Positions 1 to 10,496 of a DNA stretch of 16,330 nucleotides are shown piece by piece. The stretch spans positions 177,372,708 through 177,389,037 of the forward strand of contig JANKJI020000004.1 of NCBI GenBank assembly GCA_024626585.2, written 5' to 3'. How positions within the stretch are numbered: the stretch's first letter is position 1; every line of letters starts with the position of its first letter. The notes under the pieces were generated by a model, which did no database searches, was not told the DNA's origin, and saw only the letters and a list, made by a program, of their open reading frames with translations. The translations under genes were made by a program, and so were the position numbers. The DNA is from Ginkgo biloba. Taxonomy: Eukaryota; Plantae; Ginkgophyta.

Positions 1-1540
1 CTTAGTGAATGGTGAAGGGAAGCTCAAAAAAAGAGTGAACAAATTTAGCAAATGGGATGAAGGGTTGAATGGATGATGAATAATTTGATGAATGGAATGA
101 GATGTTTATCAAATAGATGAACGAGATGGACAAGGAGACTAAAGGCTAAAAGAATGCAGTGTAACATTCACGAAGTAGGTGAATAGGGCGTGTTGAATGG
201 ACAAAGGAACTAGTGGTTAGTAAATGATGATAGTTATTCATCAAGCGTACAAAAGGAGTAATGAAGGATTAAAAATCCAATGAATGACTTAAGTTATTCA
301 TAAAATAGCGATAAACAAATAGAGCAACTGCCAAAAGAAAAAGTCAACAACAAGGAAATAAAAATGATGACAAAAATGAATTCTAAATCAAATGATTTAA
401 GGGAGGTTGGTGGCTCATTTCGTCAGGGAGTAAATTCATCTTAAGCCAAAATTATGGCATTGCAAGTGGAATCAAAGACCCTATTGAATGTTTCACCCAT
501 TGGTTGTGAAGAAGAAGAGGTAGGTGAGAATGATTTGAGGGCACACTAAAGGTGCAGCAAAGACTTCACAAACTAGAAGGTATACAAGGGGAAATGGGAA
601 GGAAGAGAGGGAGGCCACTAGAGATGAAGGATCCAAGAGGGATTCATGGAAAACATAGGCCACCACATGATTTGATAAAAAGAGAGACATGTAAGTATAA
701 TATCAGAAGCTAATGTAGTTGAGAAGTTTTGGTAGACAATGAAAATGTATTCATCATTTCCATTAGACTTCAAACCATGTTGCTTCTACACCTCTTGATG
801 GTTATTGTGAGACTCCTCCAACCATAAAATAACTATATTAGCTATATTTTCTATCATGTCTAAGAAGACCACACTAAAAGGAGGTGGTATCAACCATTGA
901 ATAAAACCAAAAGGACGTGGTTTCAGTTTAAGCTAGATAAGTAAACAAAAGAATTTGGTTTGGCATTCTCCTAGCGAAAGTTTACCAAAGGAGTTATAAT
1001 ATATATTCTATATGGTAATACAACCTTAATTAAATGGGTTTTGAGGGATTAAGGAGGTAATATGGGGTCTAATGAATATATTAAATAACTCATAGCTTTT
1101 TTATAGCCTGAAAAACTAATTCTACATTGCTACTAGTGATAGCATCTTCTGCACATTCCCGTTGTCCTGATTCGTCTTTTCCTCTCAACGGGACAAGTAT
1201 CTTTTTACCGTCGCCCTTGAATTTCAGAGAGAACACATAATTATGGTAGAATTAGTCTACCAAGACCCTCAAATGACTCATGATTTGTCACCTTATTTTA
1301 GTTGAATAGGACTCACCAACAACCTTGGTTTTTGTATCATATATGTTATAATACTACTAGATACTTTCTTTGGTTTCATCCATAATTTGAGGATACCTTA
1401 TCCTCTTTTATTCACTCAACTCTGTCATAAACATTAATTATACTTAACATTAATCTCGCTTTCATAACATAATTATAATACTTCAATATTTAAACATGTA
1501 TTTGAATATAAAATCACTTATTGAAACTTAGGAATAATCC

Positions 1541-1599
1541 AAAATGGACCATTGTGAAGAGAATCTTCAGATATCTGCGTGGCACCTCAGATTTTGGAA
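1541..1599 (+). mobile_element. Ty1/copia reverse transcriptase fragment
   Basis: Translates KWTIVKRIFRYLRGTSDFG, matching the copia RT motif (H)WxAVKRIxRYLxGTxDxG; runs into the N gap at 1600. Confidence 0.8.
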
Positions 1600-1776
1600 N
1601 NNNNNNNNNNNNNNNNNNNNNNNNNNNNNNNNNNNNNNNNNNNNNNNNNNNNNNNNNNNNNNNNNNNNNNNNNNNNNNNNNNNNNNNNNNNNNNNNNNNA
1701 ATCAATAAATATTGACAGTTGAAATGGCATGCAGCAACTGAACTTCAAGTATTTCTCTCTGTATGTATGCATACAG

Positions 1777-1974
1777 AGTCTGAAGCATGTCCATGCCCTC
1801 ACACAACCTAAAAATGCCGATGTCGAGAGCCAAGAGGAGTTCCAAAATGAGATCAGAGTTCAGCGCATTTCAGGCCTTATTGCATCATTGCTATCAGGTC
1901 TTCCACTGGTTCCAGGATTGAGTTGGATCACTGCCAAAATTCCATTTGCAGTGGTGGCTGGTTTGTTTTTAGAG
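1777..1974 (+). CDS. Internal exon of an SLC4/HCO3- cotransporter-family anion transporter (about TM10-TM12)
   Basis: Acceptor ...gtatgcatacAG (1775-1776) and donor GAG|GTATGT (1975); 198 nt, phase 0-0, no stops. Encodes SLKHVHALTQPKNADVESQEEFQNEIRVQRISGLIASLLSGLPLVPGLSWITAKIPFAVVAGLFLE. As recalled, Band 3/AE1 reads SVTHANAL...EVKEQRISGLLVAVLVGL...LSRIPLAVLFGIFLY. Confidence 0.8.
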
Positions 1975-3239
1975 GTATGTTGAGATTGACCTAAAGATAC
2001 CCATCTAGAGTTTCACAACAAACATCCTCTAAATAAGAAACACCAATGGACTGCAAGATCTGACTTAAAATTTCATAACAGCATCAAGATTAGTAGAATG
2101 TTAGAGTCACAAAATTTGTGGATGCTAGGATGCTTTGTCATAGAAATTCTATATGGGAGAAAACACTATTGAAAAAGAATCCCACAGAATAGATAAGGAT
2201 AAGGATCTATTAAGATTAGTAAAGAGTTTAAGATTAAAAAAAAAAAATCTTTCTAATAATGGTAGAGTTATGTAAAACTCTATATAATTATATGTTGTAT
2301 ATAGTTTAGGTGAAAGAGAATCACATATAGTGAAGCATAGGGACACTGAACCTTCCTTTTTAAGTAGTGGTTCAAAGAATTAAATTCAAATAGGATTTTG
2401 GTAAACTTTGGATCATAAGTGAATATTAAAGCTTTAGAAATATGAAAAGATATGGATCAGGCTCTATGAGCCAAACCAGTTGATGAAATTAATGGAGGAG
2501 GGTCTTCCCTCAAAAGGTAAAGTGAAAGGGAAGGAACCTACAATTAAGGTCATGTACGCTTCAGTTTCATGATTTTGGAAGTTTGTATTGCTTCATGAGT
2601 TCGTAGCTTTGGGAGTTAAAATATTTTGTTCGTGGTCATCCACATCTCATTCTCCTTTTTGATGTTTTCAATTCGAGTGATGTATTAAAAAACATCTCCT
2701 CCTCTGTCCATTTTTTCATGCTAGAGTTACACACAAAATCAATATTTCTTGGATGAATTATTTGTCCAACATTTTTTGAATTTTTCAATTCATTTCCTCA
2801 TTCTCGAGAGGGGAAGAACTGTGTAATAGACTTGTTTGTTCATGCAATTGTGAAAAATAGAAACACATTATTACTCGCAGATGAGCAGTCTTTGTAATAT
2901 TTTGCGATATATTAAAACAGATGTTATAGATCCCTACGCTAGACGCGGACCATGTGCATGTGGAATTAACACCATTAAGACTGACCAGGATCCAGTGTAT
3001 CAAATTCAGATGATAAACAGGTTTGAAAATCTTACTAAATGGAATCTTAGTCAAGCGTTGATGTGAACAGTAACTACCCCATATCCTATACTTGGATATG
3101 CTTAAATCATCCATACATAGTATATTTTGTTAGTTTCCATCTAATTATACTCTTTTAATAATCTAACCCTTATAATTTTTTTTCACGTGATTTTGCTAAT
3201 TTGCACACAAATTGACTAGATAGTTAGCTGAGATCAAGA

Positions 3240-3318
3240 GATATATATGTATGTATGCATACATCTATATATATGTATGTATGTATGTACATATATATAT
3301 ACATAATATATATATAAG
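3240..3318. repeat. Compound (TA)n/(TATG)n microsatellite
   Basis: Directly visible atatatatgtatgtatg...atatatata tracts. Confidence 0.85.
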
Positions 3319-3347
3319 CTATTAATACTAGACTATAGTGTTATATA

Positions 3348-3499
3348 GAAGAAGAAATGAGGTTTCGCTGGCTACCACTATCCAAAATAGCGGTCAGCAT
3401 CTTCTGCTTCACCTGCATCCTGAAAGTAAAAAGCCTCTCCCTAGCCCTACTCTCCTCCACATTGTCATTTCTTGTCCCCAGATGAATCATGTCATCAGT
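3348..3499 (-). mobile_element. Ty3/gypsy aspartic protease fragment
   Basis: Minus strand reads ...EESRARERLFTFRMQVKQKMLTAILDSGSQRNLISS, with the DSGS active site at 3382-3371; ends close to the microsatellite. Not in the ORF track. Confidence 0.75.
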
Positions 3500-3532
3500 T
3501 TGCGCTATCTATCGCGGACGGATATCCTACAC

Positions 3533-3787
3533 AAAACACGCTTTTATGTTTTTTTTGTGTTTTGAAATACAAAAGGGTATAAAAACCCTTCAAAATGATA
3601 TTTTAAAATTTTTGAAATGTTTTAGGGCCTAAAAACTTGTTTTACAATAAAAAGCGAACTTTAAAAAAAACTTTAGGAAAGTGATTTCATTTAAAAGAGA
3701 ATATTCTAGGAATATGCTAAATTAAATCTTTTTCAAATCTAAAGATAAAACTTTTGAATTTTTTTTTGAAAAATCAAGCAACGGCCC
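3533..3787. mobile_element. Possible truncated Tourist/Harbinger-like MITE
   Basis: Very AT-rich, A/T-tract-rich segment ending ...aagcaacggccc, resembling a Tourist-type TIR; no matching 5' TIR found. Confidence 0.3.
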
Positions 3788-3869
3788 AATTTTCCTCTAC
3801 ACATGATTTTTCCCGACGATTTCCACTCAGATTTCCTTCAAATCTCTTCGGATTCAATCAAATCCACTT

Positions 3870-4845
3870 CTCTACAACTACAGTGGGATTTTCCCTTCAT
3901 GAGCGTGCGCCAAAAAACAGTTCTTGACAAGTTTCTCTCATTCATGCGGCGCTTTGCGTTTTCCTCCGCGTCCGTTTCTTCTCTAGACAATTTTGTCCCC
4001 CTTGCAGTTGTGCGGCCCGTTCTCACCTTTGTTACTATTCACATCCAACAATGATCTATAGGCGATTCTCACATCCTCCTTTCGTCTGCAACAACCTTTT
4101 TCCTGGCATCATATTTTTGTATGTCAGGATAGATGATCTTCCTTATGGGTCATGTGGTTTTCTCGTCAGATCTAAACACTCACTCATTGAGACGCTTTGG
4201 TCATTCATTGGGCTTTGGATCTATTTTTTAACTTTGCTTTGCCTTTAGTCAATTTTCCATCTTATTATCCACCACCATTTTTCAATTTCTTCTCTGACGA
4301 AAATAACATTCTTTGACCCATCAAAGCCTCTGCCTTCTCGATCATCGCATATTTATTCCTTACCTCTTCTTGGGCCAAATTCACCCTTGGATCCTCTTGT
4401 CTTGCTATGTCCTCATACCTCATTAGGCATTCAAAATATTTATGTCATTCCACACCACATCGAAAATATCTTGACAACCTTCTTGGTGAATAAGTGTTTC
4501 TTTCCATTCCTCTTCCTCTTATAGAAACAAATCCACCACATCCTCTTACTCGATAGGCATTGAACTCCTCTCTTTTTCTAAGTGGAACGTCCTGACTATA
4601 CCTTACTATAATTTTGTCCTTCAAGCCACCTTCACCAATCCATCTCCTAACACTTCTCCCCCACTTTGGATACGATGTCCTGGGTTTTTTGATGAATGGT
4701 CTCTTCCTTGAGTTTTTGGATATCTTTTCTTCTTCTTTTAGGGCCAACTGATAGGCTTCATCCACAGTCCTGGCATGATGCATGGTGATTTCATCTTGAA
4801 TAGAGTAATTTAAACCACTTACATACCTCGTCGTTAGTTTCTCCT
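3870..4845 (-). mobile_element. Degenerate Ty3/gypsy gag with zinc knuckle and linker
   Basis: RYVSGLNYSIQDEITMHHARTVDEAYQLALKEEEK is gypsy gag-like. It is followed by an RG-rich stretch, a decayed knuckle YFRCGVE*HKYFEC (~4468-4427), and KGEN...RNLSRT...GK resembling the pre-protease linker. Confidence 0.75.
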
Positions 4846-4945
4846 NNNNNNNNNNNNNNNNNNNNNNNNNNNNNNNNNNNNNNNNNNNNNNNNNNNNNNN
4901 NNNNNNNNNNNNNNNNNNNNNNNNNNNNNNNNNNNNNNNNNNNNN

Positions 4946-5040
4946 ATAAAAAAGGCATAGGGTTAGAGTTTTTGCTTGAAATTGAATTCCAAAATTGGTA
5001 GTCTCTGATAGGTAAGGGAACATTCTCCATTGGCATCCAA
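4946..5040 (-). mobile_element. Possible copia RT remnant
   Basis: RMFPYLSETTNFGIQF resembles RIxRYLxGTxNFGIxF; diverged and short. Confidence 0.4.
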
Positions 5041-5439
5041 AGTCAGGGTCCCTTTAGCTCTAGAGGGATGGTTTATTGAAGCAAATTGGAGAACATTGTT
5101 CCAGGTTCTCATCTAGTGTTGTAAACTGTGCAAAAGTTAAATCAGTGGAATCCAATTCAATTTAAAAATATACCTCAAAACTACATTATATAGCTCTTTA
5201 TAAAGTTATGATCTGAAATGGAAGCACATACGGAGAAAGCAGAATGAGCCAAAAATGAATATGATTCTCCNNNNNNNNNNNNNNNNNNNNNNNNNNNNNN
5301 NNNNNNNNNNNNNNNNNNNNNNNNNNNNNNNNNNNNNNNNNNNATCTTCCTAGGACAAGAAGAATGTTTAGAGCATTTTGTTTGATACTACTTTGTTGCC
5401 AAATACATTTAGAGAAATATTTCGATTGTTCTTGATTGA

Positions 5440-5900
5440 TGACACTGAATGCTGGATAATAAGGGAAGGATAGAGGAAGGTTGGATAAAATATACGCCAG
5501 ATGCTTAGCGAGGCAACAAATTTATGAGCATGGTATGGAGGACGATTATTGCACAAAATCTTTGGGGTATCTAGGGTAGAAGAAATGCATGCCTTTACAA
5601 TAAGCATGTTTACCCCTTTAAGGAACAATTCAAAAGCTTCATTAGGGACTCCCCAAAATGGAACAAAATGCAATATTGCAATGAAGAAGTCTCAATCTTC
5701 AAACTTCATATACGTGACAATGAATCTTCTTCTTCTTTCCAAATTGCCAGCATGCCTTTATTGTCTACTCCCAAAATGGATCTCTACCCAATGATAATCA
5801 TGACAATACATAAAAAAAGAAGGAAAGTTGTGCATAGATTTATGATTGCACCCAACTGTATGGAGATTGTGGCTTAAAAGACAAGGCTTCAAACAAAATG
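5440..5900 (+). mobile_element. Degenerate LINE (L1-like) ORF2 C-terminal zf-RVT region
   Basis: Frameshifted C-x-YCNEEVSIFKL (~5668-5706) resembles CxxCxxEESIxHL; TVWRLWLKR (~5856-5882) resembles TVWxIWxxRN. Confidence 0.45.
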
Positions 5901-6598
5901 CCCCTCAAGCCACTATAGTATCAAGGTTAAACTCGAGCGCAATAAATTTGTATCTTGCAAGAGTCAATATCTTCCAACCCAAAAAGTTTTCCTAAAGCAT
6001 TTAGTGGATCCAAACGAATAAAAGACATTTATATTTGCCCAAGTGGAAAGAGAAATAACAAGAATCACATGGCTCATCTTGAAATATATTTTCAGAGGTG
6101 AGTACAGGAAAATAAGAAACTAAATACCCATCCTTCTTTAAGCTAACCAAAGTCCATGACATTGAGAAGGGGTGATCATTTTACCCATTATGTGTCATTA
6201 ATCGTGCAACGCTAGGAATATAAAGGATGGGGTAATCACTTAGCTTATGACGGTTATCCTACAAGTAAAACATTGCCAGCACAAGATAATCGTGGTCCTC
6301 CAATTAAGAAACGTACACTTTAATAGGAAAACAAGGAATAAAGTATTCATCTTTCTATTAACTTATCTTGATATTCATTCTTTCTAATTCCTCCCATACC
6401 TCTATATATTTATGCTTATACTCTTCTATAACTTTTAAGTTATTCTTGAGATAGTATTTGCTAAAAAATTTTAATTTAAAGTCATATTCTAGTTTGGTNN
6501 NNNNNNNNNNNNNNNNNNNNNNNNNNNNNNNNNNNNNNNNNNNNNNNNNNNNNNNNNNNNNNNNNNNNNNNNNNNNNNNNNNNNNNNNNNNNNNNNNN

Positions 6599-7122
6599 GG
6601 TGATTTGATTTGGGTAAAACATCTAGTTTGCTTTCTTTTGTTCTAATTTCAAATGTTTTTCTTCTCTTATGTGGTATCAGTAGATTGATGACTAGGACTA
6701 TATCCCTAGACATAGAAAGAGAGTAAGGCACAGATGAAGGAAATAGAGAGGAGGTTTCACTATCAAAAAATACCTTTGTTATTAGACTAAAAATAAAAGA
6801 AATAAATAAAGATCCGCTGAGTGAGTTAGAGGATTATCAAGATGGCACTCTTGAAGATTGAGTGGATGAGATGCAAACTATGATGGGGAAGATAAGAAAG
6901 GAACATAAGGAGATTCATGATTCTTTAGGAGGGAATATTATACTTATGTAATAAATGGGGGCACAACTTACAACTTTGAGTATTTATTCTTCTTCAACAA
7001 CTCTACCACCCTTGGTAAATTCTCCTTTACCTCCTCCTTTAATTTCTATCCCTAGTTCACTATAACATTCTTTTATTTCTTCCACAGGTCCCCTTAATAC
7101 TGTAACATCCCTTCCAAGTTGA
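6599..7122 (+). mobile_element. Possible LTR end, tRNA-iMet PBS and decayed 5' internal region
   Basis: TGGTATCAG at 6672-6680 (partial PBS, not preceded by the canonical CA), followed by purine-rich, stop-interrupted gag-like sequence. Confidence 0.3.
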
Positions 7123-7136
7123 TTCAAAATCACTAG

Positions 7137-8302
7137 TTATACCCCAGAAGAATTATTTGGAGTTGAATAGTTTGCCTGCTCTATACATCCATGATTTATA
7201 GACTGATGACCATTATCTGGCTGAGGATAGTCATATCCGTCATTATATGAGTATTGATTGTAGCTCTGTTGAATAAATCCTTTTTGTCCATATGCCTGCT
7301 CGCTTGAACCATAGTCAGGCTGAGAAGATACATGTTGCCCATAACCAGGCTGAAAATCATGTTGACTATAGCCGGGCTGAGATTCCTGATGTCCATAGCT
7401 AAGCTGAGATGTGCTCTGCTGTCCAGAGCCTGATTGATTTGACCCTGGCTGGACATTGCCTGGCTGAGATGATTCCTGCTGCCCATAAGCAGGCTGAGTT
7501 AACCCTTGCTGCCCAGGGATAGGCTGAGTTGACCCCTCCTGTTCAAATCCTGGCTGAGAAGATGCCTGCTGCCCATAGCCAGTTTGGGATAATCCTTGCT
7601 CTCCATAAGTCGGGTAAGATGATCCCTGCTGTGAATAACCAGGTATAGATGGTGGCTGCTGAGAAGCTGCTGCCTGCCCATATTGGTGCTGCAAGGATCC
7701 TTGCTGAGATGAACCCTGTGGTCCATGAGTTTCTGATACCTGCTGCTGAGTAGTTCCCGGTGGTGTAGTTCCTAGGGGTCCACCACCTGGATTATTATAA
7801 AGTTGCTGCCCATACCCTTGCTGGGAATACTCCTCTTGTGCATACCCTTGCTGGGTTGACCCTTGACTACCATAGCCTTGCTGCANNNNNNNNNNNNNNN
7901 NNNNNNNNNNNNNNNNNNNNNNNNNNNNNNNNNNNNTGGCTGCCCATAACCATAGTTGCCCTCTGTTGGAGGTGTTGTTGATTGTCCCTGTTGACCATAA
8001 TAATCATAACCTCCAGCTTGTTGAGGCGGCTGCCCAGGTGCAGGAGGTGTTTGATCCCATCCAGAAACATAGCCACTTGCAGCCTGCTGAGGATACCCGC
8101 CATAGGGTTGAGGTGGGAACTGCTGAGGTGGTCCCAAATAAGCTCCCTGTTGCTGGTAGCCATAGCCAGTTTGCTGCATTGGAGGTGCACATGGAGGACC
8201 CCAATATGGAAGTGGCATAGATGGGCAATAACCTTGCTGGTTGTAACCACCAGACATGGATGGGCCTCTCATGCGATTCTCACTAATCACTTCCTTGATC
8301 AT
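7137..8302 (-). CDS. Open Q/G/S/Y/P-rich low-complexity (prion-like) C-terminal region of a FUBP-like KH protein, ~388 codons
   Basis: ATG 8302 to 7937 is open (122 codons). After the 51-N gap, 7883 to the TAA at 7139-7137 is open (248 codons). The two halves join in frame if the gap is 1 nt longer or 2 nt shorter. Starts MIKEVISENRMRG, the last helix of KH2. Confidence 0.6.
7314..7637 (-). repeat. Coding tandem repeat, 11 units of 27-30 nt, consensus YGQQxSSQPG
   Basis: YSQQGSSYPT/YGEQGLSQTG/YGQQASSQPG/FEQEGSTQPI/PGQQGLTQPA/YGQQESSQPG/NVQPGSNQSG/SGQQSTSQLS/YGHQESQPG/YSQHDFQPG/YGQHVSSQPD. Confidence 0.85.
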
Positions 8303-8815
8303 TTCCTGAGAAGCCTCAATTTTTTACTTGTTGCTAGTCACCTACATTGTCCTTTCTGTGGACATATCTCCTTCGGGAAGGTGCAGTGGTATCAACTAAA
8401 CACAAGCTCTAGAACTACTCTATAGATTCTTGATGGTCTCACCCCCTTTGTCTATAATCAAAACCACCTTATTATTTGGGACCTGTATTTAAATTTGCTT
8501 CCCTCCAGATTACACACTATCAAATCCATGTGTAGCAAATGTACTTGAGCTCTCTGCTTGGAATGTTGTACCTCATCCATGGGTAGAGGAATGCTATTGT
8601 ATGCCATTTTTTTCTCTATAGTTGTAGGAGGAAGAGCTGAGGAGAATCCTGTCCTTTTATAACCACTTCCACCACCATGTTCTATGTCCTCAAACTTGCA
8701 CTTCGATGACAGAACTAAGAAGTCTAGAGCACTCCCGTGGCCATCATTGGATAAGTTCACAGAACTAAAATAAACTCTCAATTCTCTCCAAATAAACCCT
8801 AAGGGAGCTTTAAGC
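8303..8815 (-). pseudogene. Decayed 5' half of a processed (retro)copy of a plant FUBP-like two-KH-domain gene (At2g25970/At1g33680-like family)
   Basis: N-terminal motifs K(R>C)KFED...RTGFSS...YNSIPLPMDEVQHSKQRAQ are fused out of frame to linker/KH2 (QVPNNKVVLIIDKGGETIKNL*SSSRACV*LIPLHLPEGDMSTERTM*VTSNK*KIEASQE). Six in-frame stops begin at 8512, 8491, 8422, 8398, 8344 and 8326. The intron present at 10496-10391 is absent. Confidence 0.9.
8795..8802 (+). promoter_or_regulatory. Telo-box (AAACCCTA) in the putative 5'UTR of the retrocopy
   Basis: aaaccctaa about 50 nt upstream of the likely original ATG (~8744); a common motif near plant transcription starts. Coordinates approximate. Confidence 0.35.
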
Positions 8816-8953
8816 ACAAAATATCAAACAACTTTTGCATGCACAACGAAATTNNNNNNNNNNNNNNNNNNNNNNNNNNNNNNNNNNNNNNNNNNNNNNN
8901 NNNNNNNNNNNNNNNNNNNNNNNNNNNNNNNNNNNNNNNNNNNNNNNNNNNNN

Positions 8954-9002
<49 letters not shown>
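8954..9002. repeat. (AG)n microsatellite
   Basis: Perfect AG run next to an N gap. Confidence 0.95.
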
Positions 9003-9005
<3 letters not shown>

Positions 9006-9137
9006 AAAATACCTTGAATTATGCTATCCATTACAATTGTATACCTTTTTAGATTTTGATGCATTTTCATTAAAACTGAAGATAAACAACCAAAAGTTTT
9101 TACAAACAGAAGCATTTAACTTTGATCACATGTGAAT

Positions 9138-9620
9138 GAACATTATATTATATTTATATATTCAAAATATACTCAACATTACAATTGTGAAGTATTTCAT
9201 GTTTACAAATGTTTATCACATTGCCACATTCAAAGCTCGGTTAGAACTATTTATGATATTAACAAAACATTATATTATATATTCCAAAATACTCGACATC
9301 ACAATCTGTGAATTATTTCATATATACTTAATTAACAAATTTCATTACTTGTCCATAAATGTTTATCACAATTTTCATATATATTTACTTAACAACTTTC
9401 AATACTCGTTCGATCATAAAGGTTATCATACTACCACAACATTACATTATATAATCCAAAATTCTCAACGTCACAATTGTGAACTATTTCATATACATGT
9501 AATTAACAACGTTCAATACTTCCTCACAAATGTTTACCACATTACCACATTCAAAAAATTGCTCCCAGATGTTTGTTGCATTGCCAGAACATTATATTAC
9601 ATAACCCAAAATTCTCAATA
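9138..9620. repeat. Degenerate AT-rich tandem repeat, ~3.3 units of 125-175 bp
   Basis: acattatattatatattccaaaatactc...cacaattgtgaa.tatttcat...aatgtttatcaca recurs from ~9140, ~9267, ~9439 and (partially) ~9589. Confidence 0.75.
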
Positions 9621-10138
9621 GTAGCACATATAACTCCTCGAATCAACATAACAAAACAAATTTCCAATTCATACATAAATCCACAAACAACATAAGACTT
9701 TACACTTAATACACACATTATCGCATACATAGAAATTCTAAAACAACACTAAACTTCCATAAAACATTTCAATCCAAAATTTAATACAGACAAATATATA
9801 CACCGGTTCATAATCAAATAGACATCAATTCACAATCAAATAGACGCCAACATACTTAAAACACCCAACATAGCACATACATGTTTGTATTCTCATCCAT
9901 CAATCACAACCATCTCGCACAATCCTCCATGATAAACGTGTTGTCTTTATGAACATAGCCAGTTATCTGAAACAAACAACAAAATAGATTTAAACACATC
10001 TAGTTATTTGAAGAAAATAATAAAAACAGATTTCAAGATAGCACATGCATCTATCTGTAGTTGCAATCAAGAATACCAACCATCCCACATGGCACTTAAT
10101 CAACCAAATCCATTTATTTTTATGCTCATGCTTATGAA

Positions 10139-10177
<39 letters not shown>
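10139..10177. repeat. (AC)n(AT)n compound microsatellite
   Basis: Directly visible. Confidence 0.95.
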
Positions 10178-10371
10178 AACGCATGAATTATGATACAAAT
10201 AAACATATACAATGTTTGTAAGATATTTACTGTTCACTACTTAATCGAATGAATTATGATGCATACAAATATATATATAATGTTTTATAACAAAATAGAT
10301 AGAAAACCACTCAAAAACCCCAACGTGAGACACACATCTATCTATATTTGAAATCAACAATAGCACCTATA

Positions 10372-10390
10372 TGCCGATAATCAAACCCAC
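10372..10390 (-). pseudogene. Truncated next exon of the KH gene (VGLIIG, then breaks off)
   Basis: Acceptor ttattttgagcAG (10392-10391), then GTG GGT TTG ATT ATC GGC A. The expected KGGETIK is replaced by unrelated sequence with TAG at 10369-10367. Confidence 0.75.
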
Positions 10391-10496
10391 CTGCTCAAAA
10401 TAAGATTGGAGTCAAAACCAATCTTTCATGTTGATAATGGATCAAAATGGAATCCTGTAAAATTACACCAGTGAAAATAAAACCAGATGTTCTCAC

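Noticed and set aside
330-900. Possible copia remnants (HVV..FHES on -, HHFIR and a PPT-like tract on +)
   Set aside because: The two readings conflict in strand and both are too degenerate to support.
2881-3066. 61-aa ORF after a tcgcAG, candidate next SLC4 exon
   Set aside because: No match to the expected MG..SL.G.Q motif or to any family I recognise.
3357-3485. + strand peptide MRFRWLPLSKIAVSIFCFTCILKVKSLSLALL...LVPR resembling SLC4 TM13-14
   Set aside because: The opposite strand is a clear gypsy protease (DSGS); the SLC4 alignment needs gaps and there are no suitable splice sites.
4963-5112. 49-aa minus-strand ORF MRTWNNVLQF...EFNFKQKL
   Set aside because: No recognisable family, and it overlaps a copia-like frame.
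7886-7936. Apparent frameshift between ORFs 7772-8302 and 7137-7694
   Set aside because: It falls inside an N gap of estimated length, so it is not evidence of pseudogenisation.
7196-8425. Multiple overlapping alternative-frame and antisense ORFs
   Set aside because: Shadows of the repetitive, stop-poor Q/G/P-rich coding sequence.
9136-9621. 161-aa ORF
   Set aside because: By-product of an AT-rich tandem repeat; no protein-like motifs.
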